The notes under the pieces: generated by a model
The model's input: only the letters and a program-made list of their open reading frames with translations
Databases searched by the model: none
Told to the model about the DNA's origin: nothing
Translations under genes and position numbers: made by a program
Shown: positions 30,625 through 39,447 of the stretch, piece after piece
Numbering within the stretch: position 1 is the first letter of the stretch
Layout: every line of letters starts with the position of its first letter
Source: a virus
Direction: 5' to 3' (one strand)
DNA: 64,000 nucleotides
IMG/VR virus record: IMGVR_UViG_3300022864_000001
Coordinates: 1-64,000 of that record

Positions 30625-31902
30625 CTACAGTGTCGTACACGCAGACATAATAGAATGGGCGGCGAGAATAGAGATGACCTTCTGGGGATTGTTGTGAATG
30701 TCATGTTCCCAGAGATGCAAGAAGCTATATCCCGAATTGCGGGCGAGGCGGGCTTTGCGTTTATCATTTATAGCGTTCTTCTGTTGGATATTACAGAGAT
30801 TGCTCTGTAGGTAGAAGCGCGGGTCGGCGTGCCAAAAAGTACCATGCGTCTCAATGGGGGTGTTTGTGGCGGGAATATAGAAGTCATAGACAAATTTGCT
30901 TATTCGGTATTGCCATATGTAAACTATATCTAGCCCATCCAAAATGGCAGCAAAAGCAGTCTCCAATTTGTTGTGGGTTTTGCCAGTGCGACCAGCTTCA
31001 ATTTGTTTGGCAGTGAGTATAGCATGTCTGTCCCTAGCTTCTTGGGTACTGAACTGGCGGCGATTGGCTTCTCGTATTTTGGCGCGGGCAGCAGGGGTAT
31101 GTGTGCGGCCAAACATAGGGTTCTTTTCGCCCTTCAGGTTCTCGCTTTTAGTGCGAGTGGGGATGCCGAAGTTCTTCATCTTGGTCTTAATGGCGGCTTG
31201 GGTAATACCAAATCGCTCGCCGATCTCAGCTTGCGATAAGCCCTTTTCGTGGTAAAGATCAGTGAGGAGTCCCTTCGTGAGCGCTTGGGTTCCACGCAAG
31301 ACACATTGCGCTTCGCTGTTAGAGCGCCTTGGTATGTTGAACTTGACCAACCACCCCCTCACAGCAGGGTGAGTTACCTTACAATGCTCAGCAATTTGTA
31401 ACAATGTCCATTCTTCATTCCAATACCATTGAGTCAATTGCTCTTTGTCGGGGCGTGAAATCAAACTGTGTCTGCTGGGAATGCCATAATGTGCAAGCCA
31501 TTTGCCAACAGTGCCCGCGCATACATTGTGTAGCAACGCAATCTCGGTGGTAGACTTGGCCCGGACACAGTACAAATCGTAAACCACTTCCCTTGATGGG
31601 CGTCGGGTAATCCGTGTCCTTATCTCGATACCATAGTTCATTAGCCACCGCCTAGCGGTTGGATAGGAGACGTTGTGCCTTTGCGCGATTCGTCCCATGC
31701 TCCATTTGCGTGTAATGTAAAGGGTGAAGAGTTCTTCTCTTGGCGGCGCTTGCAGCCTCGGGGCGGCGATGTCGTAGCAGCGGAACCATTTGTAGATAGT
31801 CCTTGGGATAACGTCGAAGATCGCGGCAATATCTTTGGCCTGTTTTCCCTCAGACAGCAATCTGACAAGATAGCCTTTTTCTGGCCTTTTTCGTCTGGGC
31901 AT
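30625..31902 (-). CDS. homing-type endonuclease: tandem HTH repeats + NUMOD3 + Vsr/DUF559-like PD-(D/E)xK domain
   Basis: ~5 LY...IA...V...WL...GI..R repeats; GEKNPMFGRTHT; YDFYIP..IETHGTFWH; antisense to the operon. Confidence 0.8.
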   Translation of the reverse strand: MPRRKRPEKGYLVRLLSEGKQAKDIAAIFDVIPRTIYKWFRCYDIAAPRLQAPPREELFTLYITRKWSMGRIAQRHNVSYPTARRWLMNYGIEIRTRITRRPSREVVYDLYCVRAKSTTEIALLHNVCAGTVGKWLAHYGIPSRHSLISRPDKEQLTQWYWNEEWTLLQIAEHCKVTHPAVRGWLVKFNIPRRSNSEAQCVLRGTQALTKGLLTDLYHEKGLSQAEIGERFGITQAAIKTKMKNFGIPTRTKSENLKGEKNPMFGRTHTPAARAKIREANRRQFSTQEARDRHAILTAKQIEAGRTGKTHNKLETAFAAILDGLDIVYIWQYRISKFVYDFYIPATNTPIETHGTFWHADPRFYLQSNLCNIQQKNAINDKRKARLARNSGYSFLHLWEHDIHNNPQKVISILAAHSIMSACTTL

Positions 31903-31949
31903 TATGTCACCTCAGGTATAGGATACCATAAAACAGGGAGAACTCCAAA

Positions 31950-33638
31950 TTGAGTACCCGGTGGCGCATAATCCAGGACGACATACTAAACTGGTGTGAG
32001 ACAAGCACATTTATGGCGAGTGCCATCCTGTGCGATCCGCCCTATCACCTAACGTCTGGATTCATGGGGGCCGTCTGGGATCAGGAAACAGACGGCACAG
32101 GCATCGCCTTCCGTCCCGACACTTGGTCTGCGTTAGCCAAGCATCTTCTCCCTGGCGGGTTCATCATGGCATTTGCGTCGTCACGTGGCTGGCATCGGCT
32201 TGCTTGCGCGTTAGAAGACGCTGGGCTCATCATCCAACCAAGTATCTTCAACTGGCATAGTGGGCAGACGATGGAAATTTCCATGTACGGCTGGGCTAGC
32301 GGACAGTCGTTCCCGAAAGCGACGTCCATAGACAAGCAGCTAGACCGCGCTGCCAATGTTACAAACCATCGTAAGAAAGTGGGCAAGTACGAGCTTCCGG
32401 AACAGCAGACGTGGAACCCAAAGCAGGCTACAGACGCCAACGCAGAAGCTGTCGGGGGTACATTTACGGCATCAGGTAGACGTACACTAGACATCGAAGA
32501 ACCGGCTACGGAACTAGGCCGCACATGGGCAGGGCATCGTTACGGTGGCCAAGTCTTGAAAAACTTACTCGAACCCATCATCATCGCCCAGAAGCCCTAC
32601 GAGGATGTCCCGTCAGACGCGTGGGCGACGTTCACTGGATGGCATTGGTGGCACTATCCCAAGAAAATCAAGAATACTCCAAAGGAGAGGCTCAAGCTGT
32701 GGAAGAAACACGGCATCCGCATCCCTGCGGCTTATGTCGAGTACGACGCTTGGTTCATCAAGCGCAGGGCACTGCACGAGGGCATCGAGAGCGACGTACT
32801 GCTAGTCTGGCGAGACCGAAGGCAAGATCGCCTCCGCTTGACGCGGGAACGGATACTGCATCGTGGCAACGTCAAGAAGTACAGGCGGTGGAAGATCAAG
32901 AACAAATCTGCGTGTATAGCTATGACTGGAGCTGGAGCGTTCTGGATTGACGGGGGACGGTTGGGGACCTTCCAAGCCAATACGCCTAGCGGCATTGACC
33001 GGTACAATAAGGCGCTCGCGGAGCATGGATATAGGCCGGGTGAATACCAGAAAGGCAAACCACCATTGCCAACCGCTAGGGGCCGATGGCCTGCCTCACT
33101 TGTTTTATCTCACGTCCCACCCGACTCCGACGGAAACGGCGGCTGCGTGCGGCTGGGGACGAAGCGGGTGAAGGGAATACCCAATCGCCCCACAAACAGA
33201 ACCACTGACAAGTTTGGCAAGAACGTTTATCAACCTACCCATTGCCGCTCTGACAACGAAATGAGTGGTGGTTGCGCCGGCCCCGATGGTCGAGAAGTAG
33301 TAGATGACTGGCAATGCGTTGAGGGATGTCCTGTGAGGAAGATTGGACTCCAAAGTGGGGAGCGGAAAAGCGGCTACATGAAAGCAGGACAACAACGCCA
33401 AGCATCACAGGGACTGGGTGGATACCACGACGGGTTTCCTGATGAGGCAAGCGCTGGTGGGACTTACGGGGACAAAGGCACTTGCAGCAGATTCTTTTTC
33501 CAAGCCTCCTGGCACTACGAGGTAGCCGAGCGGCTGGCGCAAGCATCGCCTGTGGGGTACTGTGCTAAAGCTGGCAGACGTGAGAAAAGCGCCGGTTTAG
33601 GAGGCGGCGACGGGGTGCGTAATCTGCACCCCACCTGA
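31950..33638 (+). CDS. N6-adenine DNA methyltransferase, N-terminal part (split)
   Basis: CDPPY, FMG..WD, HRLACALEDAG, FPK, EPIIIAQKP, GRWPA, SRFF, AKA..EK, ends NLHPT*. Confidence 0.8.
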   Translation: MSTRWRIIQDDILNWCETSTFMASAILCDPPYHLTSGFMGAVWDQETDGTGIAFRPDTWSALAKHLLPGGFIMAFASSRGWHRLACALEDAGLIIQPSIFNWHSGQTMEISMYGWASGQSFPKATSIDKQLDRAANVTNHRKKVGKYELPEQQTWNPKQATDANAEAVGGTFTASGRRTLDIEEPATELGRTWAGHRYGGQVLKNLLEPIIIAQKPYEDVPSDAWATFTGWHWWHYPKKIKNTPKERLKLWKKHGIRIPAAYVEYDAWFIKRRALHEGIESDVLLVWRDRRQDRLRLTRERILHRGNVKKYRRWKIKNKSACIAMTGAGAFWIDGGRLGTFQANTPSGIDRYNKALAEHGYRPGEYQKGKPPLPTARGRWPASLVLSHVPPDSDGNGGCVRLGTKRVKGIPNRPTNRTTDKFGKNVYQPTHCRSDNEMSGGCAGPDGREVVDDWQCVEGCPVRKIGLQSGERKSGYMKAGQQRQASQGLGGYHDGFPDEASAGGTYGDKGTCSRFFFQASWHYEVAERLAQASPVGYCAKAGRREKSAGLGGGDGVRNLHPT

Positions 33639-33640
33639 AT

Positions 33641-33982
33641 GTGAAGCCACTATCTTTGCTGAAATGGCTTTGTACATTGCTTACCCCTCCGCCCGAATAT
33701 GCGCCGCGACGACTCCTGGTTCCCTTCAGTGGCAGTGGAAGCGAAATAGCAGGGGCCATTCTATCGGGCGGATGGGAAGAAATCGTGGGGATAGAGCAAG
33801 ATGCTGAGTATTGCAGAATCGCAGAGGCAAGGTGCAGATTCTGGCAAGACGCTACGCAGGAGACAGGGTTGACGGAACCCAAGGAGATGCTCAAGATGCT
33901 GGCAGCAATTGAGGCCGAACGGAAACGCGCCGAAGAAGAGCGGCAGATGGGGTTTGACATGGAGGAGACTGATGAGCACTGA
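33641..33982 (+). CDS. DNA methyltransferase, C-terminal SAM-binding part (split)
   Basis: VKPLSLLKWL..LTPP..VPFSGSGSE..GIEQDAEYCRIAEAR completes HPT|VKP. Confidence 0.75.
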   Translation: MKPLSLLKWLCTLLTPPPEYAPRRLLVPFSGSGSEIAGAILSGGWEEIVGIEQDAEYCRIAEARCRFWQDATQETGLTEPKEMLKMLAAIEAERKRAEEERQMGFDMEETDEH

Positions 33983-34338
33983 ATATTACTTGCCGCAGTA
34001 TCCAATCACAGGATTAGAATTGGCTGAGTGCGCGGACTACAACATGCTCACTATCTGGGTACAAGACGGCCAGGCGGGTGTCCTGAATCTGCCGAAAGCG
34101 GTCACGGGGACGTTCCTGCGAGTATTGACACACGACGATGTAGGCATGGGAGTAATGCACACCTGGGGTAGCAGAGACGAGGGCATTATGGTAACAGACC
34201 CTGCCCACCTGCCTGACGACACCATTGTTATCTCGGGCAGTGGAGATTTGCTTACCGCGGGCCAGGTAAGAGCATTGGCCGGAAAGGGGGCGGCGGTAAG
34301 CGATGGCAATTTGGTGTTGCACACTTGACCTCTCCAAT

Positions 34339-34367
34339 TTGACAAATTCGCGAATCTGTGGTATACT
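34339..34367 (+). promoter_or_regulatory. promoter of GIY-YIG cassette D
   Basis: TTGACA-17-TATACT, spacer nearly identical to 8241 and 14090. Confidence 0.8.
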
Positions 34368-34373
34368 AAAAAA

Positions 34374-34505
34374 GTGAGGATGCGACATGAGACGGGTTGT
34401 TGCAAGACCCAATAGAATAATCGCGAAAGTGCCCCCAGGGCAGACCGTCTCATCTCCACATCCTCACAAGTGATGGCGTTGTAGCAGTTGCCTTGGGGGC
34501 TTTTT
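34374..34505 (+). ncRNA. structured leader of GIY-YIG D
   Basis: 34374-34395 pairs with 34445-34467 (two 9-bp blocks) inside stem 34431-34442/34489-34500 + TTTTT. Confidence 0.65.
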
Positions 34506-34524
34506 GCGTCAAGGAGATAGCGAG

Positions 34525-35250
34525 ATGACGCAGGGAACTTATGAGATTAAGAACAGGTTGGACGGGAAAGCATATGGTGGAAGGTCAGGAAACATTGAGC
34601 AACGGTGGCAGAATCATCTTTCTACGCTTCGCAACGACAGACACCATTGCCAGTATTTCCAGAACGCCTGGAACAAGTACGGTGAGGACGTATTTGAGTT
34701 CATCGTACTTGAAGTTATTGAAGGCCCTGACGAACGAAGGGCGGCAGAGCAGAAGTGGCTTGACATACATCACGCCAACAAGACCTGCTATAACATTGCA
34801 ATTACGGCGGGGTTGGGTGGGCCGCTGTCTGAAGAACACAAGCATAATATAAGCATTGCAAACATGGGCAACCAAAGCGCGAAGGGCAGCAAGCGTACCG
34901 ACGAGCAGCTTCGCGCTCATAGCGAGCGCATGATGGGCAATCAAAACACCCTGGGCCACAAGGCTACTGACGCGACCAGGCAAAAGCAGAGGGACGCGCA
35001 CACGGGCAAGACGCTCAGTAAAGAAACCAAGCAAAAGTTGCGCGAGGCTGGCATGGGCAACCAGAACACCTTGGGTTACAAGCACCCCGAAGAGTTTGGC
35101 CAGGCGATAAGCGAGCGCATGATGGGCAATCAACACGCCAAGGGTAGCACGTACAAGCGCACTGACGAACAGAACCGCGCGAATAGCGAGCGCATGAAGC
35201 TGTGGTGGGCAAAGAAGAAGGCGGCTGAGGCCGAGGATAAAGGGCTGTAA
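34525..35250 (+). CDS. GIY-YIG homing endonuclease with NUMOD3-like repeats (D)
   Basis: GTYEIKNRLDGKAYGG..IEQRW; repeated MGNQ..LG.K units. Confidence 0.9.
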   Translation: MTQGTYEIKNRLDGKAYGGRSGNIEQRWQNHLSTLRNDRHHCQYFQNAWNKYGEDVFEFIVLEVIEGPDERRAAEQKWLDIHHANKTCYNIAITAGLGGPLSEEHKHNISIANMGNQSAKGSKRTDEQLRAHSERMMGNQNTLGHKATDATRQKQRDAHTGKTLSKETKQKLREAGMGNQNTLGYKHPEEFGQAISERMMGNQHAKGSTYKRTDEQNRANSERMKLWWAKKKAAEAEDKGL

Positions 35251-35280
35251 CTTGACAACTGAAACAACGGGAGGAACAAT

Positions 35281-35862
35281 ATGAGGGTCGTTCTACGCTC
35301 AATCACGCCTAGGGCCGAGAGCCTGGTAGCTGAGGCGTATGCAGCTTGTCGTGGCGGACGAGGGGAGACGGCAATTCCCCTAGAGAGTATCCAGGGGCTT
35401 GTAACCAAAGAGCCATTCCCGCACCTGTCCTGTCTTCGTCATGCCAAGGCAACATTTTATATATACGGTATTAGCAGGGTCTGTCACTCGCAATTGATAC
35501 GACATGGACTTGCAGCGTTTTCTGTAGAGAGCCAACGCAGCGTTGAGCCAGCGGGATTTGTACATCCACAGACCATTGAAGATAGTGAGTTTAGGGTACG
35601 ATACGACGCTCTTTTGCAGCACGCCAGGGTGCTGTATGGGGACATGGTAGAGGGCGGCATACCGCGCGAAGATGCCAGATATGGCCTGCCGCTATCTACA
35701 GAGACGTTTGTGGTGGCTAGCGCGAATTTTGAGCACCTGCGGTGGCTGATACAGATACGCGCATTGAATCCCCATGCACAGTGGGAGATACGCGAGATGT
35801 GCTTGAAGATGTTAGACATACTCAAGGAAGAAGCACCACACATTTTCGGTGACTTGGGATGA
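35281..35862 (+). CDS. thyX: FAD-dependent thymidylate synthase
   Basis: H.S.LRH..TF.I.GISR..QLIRH..FSVESQR, REDARYGLP, AQWEIR. Confidence 0.88.
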   Translation: MRVVLRSITPRAESLVAEAYAACRGGRGETAIPLESIQGLVTKEPFPHLSCLRHAKATFYIYGISRVCHSQLIRHGLAAFSVESQRSVEPAGFVHPQTIEDSEFRVRYDALLQHARVLYGDMVEGGIPREDARYGLPLSTETFVVASANFEHLRWLIQIRALNPHAQWEIREMCLKMLDILKEEAPHIFGDLG

Positions 35863-36323
35863 ATGTCCCTCAGTGGCATACCATCCAGGGTAGTGAAGAC
35901 GATTGGTTTGACGTTGCTGACTGTGGTGATGATGGCAACTTCTCTGTCTGGATGAACGGCGCTAAACCACCACGTTACGGATGGCTACGAAGCGAAACTG
36001 TTGGTGTGCTTGGGGGGTGGGTATTGCTTTTGCTCGCGGGTTGCGGCTTTCTCTGGAGTAGTGGACAGCGCCATTTGCCATTAGCGGGCATTTGTGGTAT
36101 ACTGATGTTTGTTGGGGCGATAGTAGCCAGTAGTGTGCCAGATGGTACTACGATCCAAGATACGGTGCGATATAAAGAGGGGCTGTTCCGAGAGGCATTT
36201 AAGGATAAGGGATGGTCAAGGGGAGAGATGGAGAGGGAGTTTTTTGCAATCGCTGGCAGCATCTAATCCTCGCTACGTAAAGGGCGGTAGAGGGGCAATT
36301 CTGAAAAGGATGAACAGGGGGAG

Positions 36324-36536
36324 ATGGTAATGGAAGACCTAATTGAGTCGCTACAGATTTTCTTGAAGTATGGCAACCCGCGAAGCCCAACAATTTGTGA
36401 ACACAACACACTGTACATTTGTGGCATTGACCCGTTCGCGATATCAGACGAAGACGAAAAACGGCTTGGCGAACTCGGGTTTGTCTACGAGTCTGCTGAT
36501 GAGACTTACGTATCGTACCGCTTTGGCTCAGCCTAG
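36324..36536 (+). CDS. small phage protein (paralogue of 13229..13435)
   Basis: MEDLIESLQIFLKYG..PTICEHN..S.RFGSA. Confidence 0.75.
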   Translation: MVMEDLIESLQIFLKYGNPRSPTICEHNTLYICGIDPFAISDEDEKRLGELGFVYESADETYVSYRFGSA

Positions 36537-36557
36537 AAAGCGAAACAGGAGGGGTAA

Positions 36558-36998
36558 ATGAAATTCACTGACGAACAGCTCTTGGCGTGTACGGATATGA
36601 CTGGTTCTGCTGCTGCACGCCACCTCGGTGTAACGCGGGCGGCTGTGTCGTCGCGCATCCGGGGACTGCGCGCCAAGGGGCACAGCATTACTATGGCTAA
36701 ACGCGGGGCTATTCTCAGCAAGGAAGACATGCTTCAGGCGGAGAAGGACAACCTCTCGACGGCAGAGACCTCGGTACTATACGGAGTACACTCGTCTACC
36801 GTTGCAAGCGCGGCTAAACGATATGATGTTAGCCTGCGCAGACACAACGCACCTGCTGACGATTGTATTCGCAAGGTGGTTACAATACCCCGTCGTATAG
36901 CAGAACAACTGGACGAACGCGCCAGGGCGGAAAAGCGCAGCCGGAGTTGGATTGTGTCTGATGCCGTCCGATTGTATCTAAATGGGAAGGAGAAGTAG
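36558..36998 (+). CDS. DNA-binding protein, HTH(s) + C-terminal ribbon-helix-helix
   Basis: SAAARHLGVTRAAVSSRI; VVTIPRRIAEQLDERARAEKRSRSWIVSDAV. Confidence 0.75.
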   Translation: MKFTDEQLLACTDMTGSAAARHLGVTRAAVSSRIRGLRAKGHSITMAKRGAILSKEDMLQAEKDNLSTAETSVLYGVHSSTVASAAKRYDVSLRRHNAPADDCIRKVVTIPRRIAEQLDERARAEKRSRSWIVSDAVRLYLNGKEK

Positions 36999-37163
36999 CA
37001 TGGAATGGCATCATAGAATCTTGCTCTTTGCATTTCTGTATTCTGGTTTTATCTACTTGGGATGCTTTCTTGGGCAATATAGCAGGTGGCCACAAGGTAT
37101 ATGGCTAGGGTTGATGATAATATTTGGCATCCTGTTCACTATCTTGCCACAGGAACGCCGCCC

Positions 37164-37901
37164 ATGAATAAGTCTTTGTGTGCCGACCCAAAAACGCTGA
37201 CAAGTACAGACTTGGACGCCAACATTGAGCAGGCAGAGGCAAACGGCGATCTTGAGGCGTTGGCGCTATACGTCCCGCACAGGCTGGAACGCAACGGCCT
37301 GGTTAGCAGCGCTATCCTGTTGCTGATGGCAAGAGACCTACACTTTCTGTACACACATAACCTCTGGATGCAACACGGGTATGAAAGTTTCCCTGAGTGG
37401 GTGGCAGCAGAATTCACCCCCAAGCCCTACGGGAAGGATTACGGCACTGTTACGGCGCTCATTCGGGTGTGGCAATTCTGGCACGAGATGGCAGGGTGGT
37501 CTCTTGAAGAGATGTCTATCCCCGGCAAAGCCAAACTGGAACGAATGCTTGCCCTGGCCCAAAGTTCAACGAGGCGGGGTACACAACCCGTCGATGACGA
37601 TATACGCGAGGTGCTGTTAGACACAACCATTCCTCACCTGCGTGTCATGGATGCCTACAACGAACGTAAAGCAGTAAAAGCAGCACAGCAACAGTCTGTT
37701 GAGCCGCTGGTTGTGTCGCCCAACAGGCATGTAACATATTCTGCGGACAGTACAACGGGCGTGTTGAGCGCGTGGTTGCCGATCACTGGCCGCAACGGTA
37801 CAGCAGTGGGTGTGCAGTTGGGAGTGCTAGATTTCCGCTCTGAGAAAGCTAGCCCGTGGCTTCACGCCTTCCTGGCCAGGGCCAAGGCCAAAATCAGATA
37901 G
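37164..37901 (+). CDS. hypothetical protein
   Basis: LW...GYESFPEW motif seen in phage DNA-binding proteins. Confidence 0.6.
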   Translation: MNKSLCADPKTLTSTDLDANIEQAEANGDLEALALYVPHRLERNGLVSSAILLLMARDLHFLYTHNLWMQHGYESFPEWVAAEFTPKPYGKDYGTVTALIRVWQFWHEMAGWSLEEMSIPGKAKLERMLALAQSSTRRGTQPVDDDIREVLLDTTIPHLRVMDAYNERKAVKAAQQQSVEPLVVSPNRHVTYSADSTTGVLSAWLPITGRNGTAVGVQLGVLDFRSEKASPWLHAFLARAKAKIR

Positions 37902-37903
37902 GC

Positions 37904-38338
37904 ATGAAGAGACTTTGGCTTTTTGCGCTGGCCTGTCTTCTAACGACAGGTTGGCTTTACGAAGACGGGGATAGCGTAGCAACCGTCTCGTTGGGACAAG
38001 TAACAGTAACGTGCTACCAGGCCGTGCCGGAGCAGACCGATGGAGCGCCTCATATAACCGCAGACGGAACGGATTTGCGGGAGACGGACGAGAGAATATG
38101 TGCCCTTTCCCGCGACTTGCTATGGCGTTGGGGTGGCCCAGCCCAGTGGGGTGACTTGGTGTGGCTGTATATCCCCAGACATCCTGAACTGTCAGGCCCC
38201 TGGACTGTCCGGGACACGATGGCAGAAACAATTTTTAGGAACGGGGAAGAAGTGCCCCTGGTGCGGCACGTTGACCTACTGACGGACACGATAGGCCGTT
38301 GGTCTAGCTATGCGTTGCTAATAGGAGAAGAGCAATGA
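37904..38338 (+). CDS. secreted 3D-domain (MltA/RlpA-like) protein
   Basis: Signal peptide; VTCY..QTD..P.ITADG, ALSRDL, V.DTM, VDLL. Confidence 0.75.
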   Translation: MKRLWLFALACLLTTGWLYEDGDSVATVSLGQVTVTCYQAVPEQTDGAPHITADGTDLRETDERICALSRDLLWRWGGPAQWGDLVWLYIPRHPELSGPWTVRDTMAETIFRNGEEVPLVRHVDLLTDTIGRWSSYALLIGEEQ

Positions 38339-39200
38339 CCAAACATTCACCGGGGCCGTGGCGGGCGAAGCGCATCCACCGGCACTCCAGCGACAGGGTT
38401 GTTTATGATGCCAAGGACAGCCTGGTGGCCCATATATGGATTGGCGATGATGACGAAGAGGGCCTAGCCAACCTGCGCCTGGTACTGAAAGCGACAGAAT
38501 TACTAGCGTTGGTGCAAAAGCTGCCAGGTTTTCGGTGTTACTACCCCAGCGATCAGTCCTGCCAGGATTGCCCAGAGGCAGTGTATTGTCCCCGCATGGT
38601 AGCACCCACATTACTCAAAGAGATTGACGGAGGCAAATCATGCGATTAGAAGGAGCCACGCGCGTTGGCGCAGAGCGAATAGATAAAGATGCCCGCGATA
38701 CCTATATTCGCCGTCAGGCTAGTCGGGACAAGTTATTGTTCAAGCCCACGCCTGAACAGAGATGGTGCTATCAATGCGGATGTCGTATCATGCCCGGTGA
38801 CGCATACAGACAACATGGCCCCATGCGGCGCGTTCCAGGGCAAGACGCAAAGTCGAATTACGTTTGTTGGCAGTGCCCATGGGCAGGGGCATTAGACGCA
38901 CAGGCCGTGTTAGATAGCCTTACGCCAGATGCAAGGCGGTTGGCGCAGTTGTGGGCTGCACACATTGACCAACGTCACGTAACCCTAACGCGCGCGTGGC
39001 ACATTACGTCTGCGCATTTTGATTTTCACTCTTGGTGGAGCAGCGTAGAGTTGCTGGTTTCTAGCAGCGTGCTACGCATTCCTGTGGGGGTTGATGGTTG
39101 TATGATGCCACCGGCATACGTTAGGGCACTAATCTAAGAGTCTTTGTACAAAGACCCGGGAGAAGACAGTGACGATGTAGAAGCATATGTAGTTGTTAAT

Positions 39201-39253
39201 GTGGGCAAAAGGGGTTCCTTAACATCCTTCTTAGATATATACCCCTCGCCCGC
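39201..39253 (+). ncRNA. bulged hairpin motif copy 1 (Y-RNA-like stem)
   Basis: GTGGGC-AAA-AGGGGT-TCCTTA..T-ACCCCT-C-GCCCGC. Confidence 0.65.
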
Positions 39254-39255
39254 CT

Positions 39256-39364
39256 GGGGAAGTAGCTCAATGGTAGAGCACCGGATCTGGACAATACTCT
39301 CCGCTGATGGCACAAAGAGTTCCTTATAAGTTCGGTGACGCGGGTTCAATTCCCGCCTTCCCCA
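39256..39364 (+). ncRNA. tRNA-like RNA with a 45-nt module replacing the anticodon loop
   Basis: Acceptor GGGGAAG/CTTCCCC+A; T8A9; D arm GCTC-AATGGTA-GAGC; stem CCGGA/TTCGG; T arm GCGGG-TTCAATT-CCCGC; no encoded CCA. Confidence 0.8.
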
Positions 39365-39366
39365 CT

Positions 39367-39419
39367 AGGGGCAAAAGAGGTTCCTTAAACAACTTTGTGT
39401 TTACCTACCTCTCGCCCCT
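39367..39419 (+). ncRNA. bulged hairpin motif copy 3, in leader of the TROVE/TerD-like gene
   Basis: AGGGGC-AAA-AGAGGT-TCCTTA..T-ACCTCT-C-GCCCCT; compensatory change relative to copy 1. Confidence 0.65.
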
Positions 39420-39447
39420 TTCAATAGGAAGTTACGAAGGAGATAAG

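Noticed and set aside
33636-33640. TGA read-through or alternative genetic code
   Set aside because: The downstream half is in a different frame, and other genes terminate normally at TGA, TAG and TAA.
2926-35250. GIY-YIG genes as group I intron ORFs
   Set aside because: Each has its own promoter and RBS, the flanking genes are not split, and no intron core was recognised.
35252-35280. Promoter for thyX (TTGACA-17-AACAAT)
   Set aside because: The -10 is weak and abuts the start codon, placing the RBS upstream of +1, so it is not supported.
39256-39364. Normal or intron-containing tRNA-Pro(TGG)
   Set aside because: The loop begins TC-TGG (C rather than U at 33), no bulge-helix-bulge was seen, the 45-nt insert is far too short for a group I intron, and it repeats the flanking hairpin motif.
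39307-39447. N-terminal extension of the 671-aa ORF
   Set aside because: It overlaps the tRNA-like RNA and hairpin; a strong RBS precedes ATG 39448.
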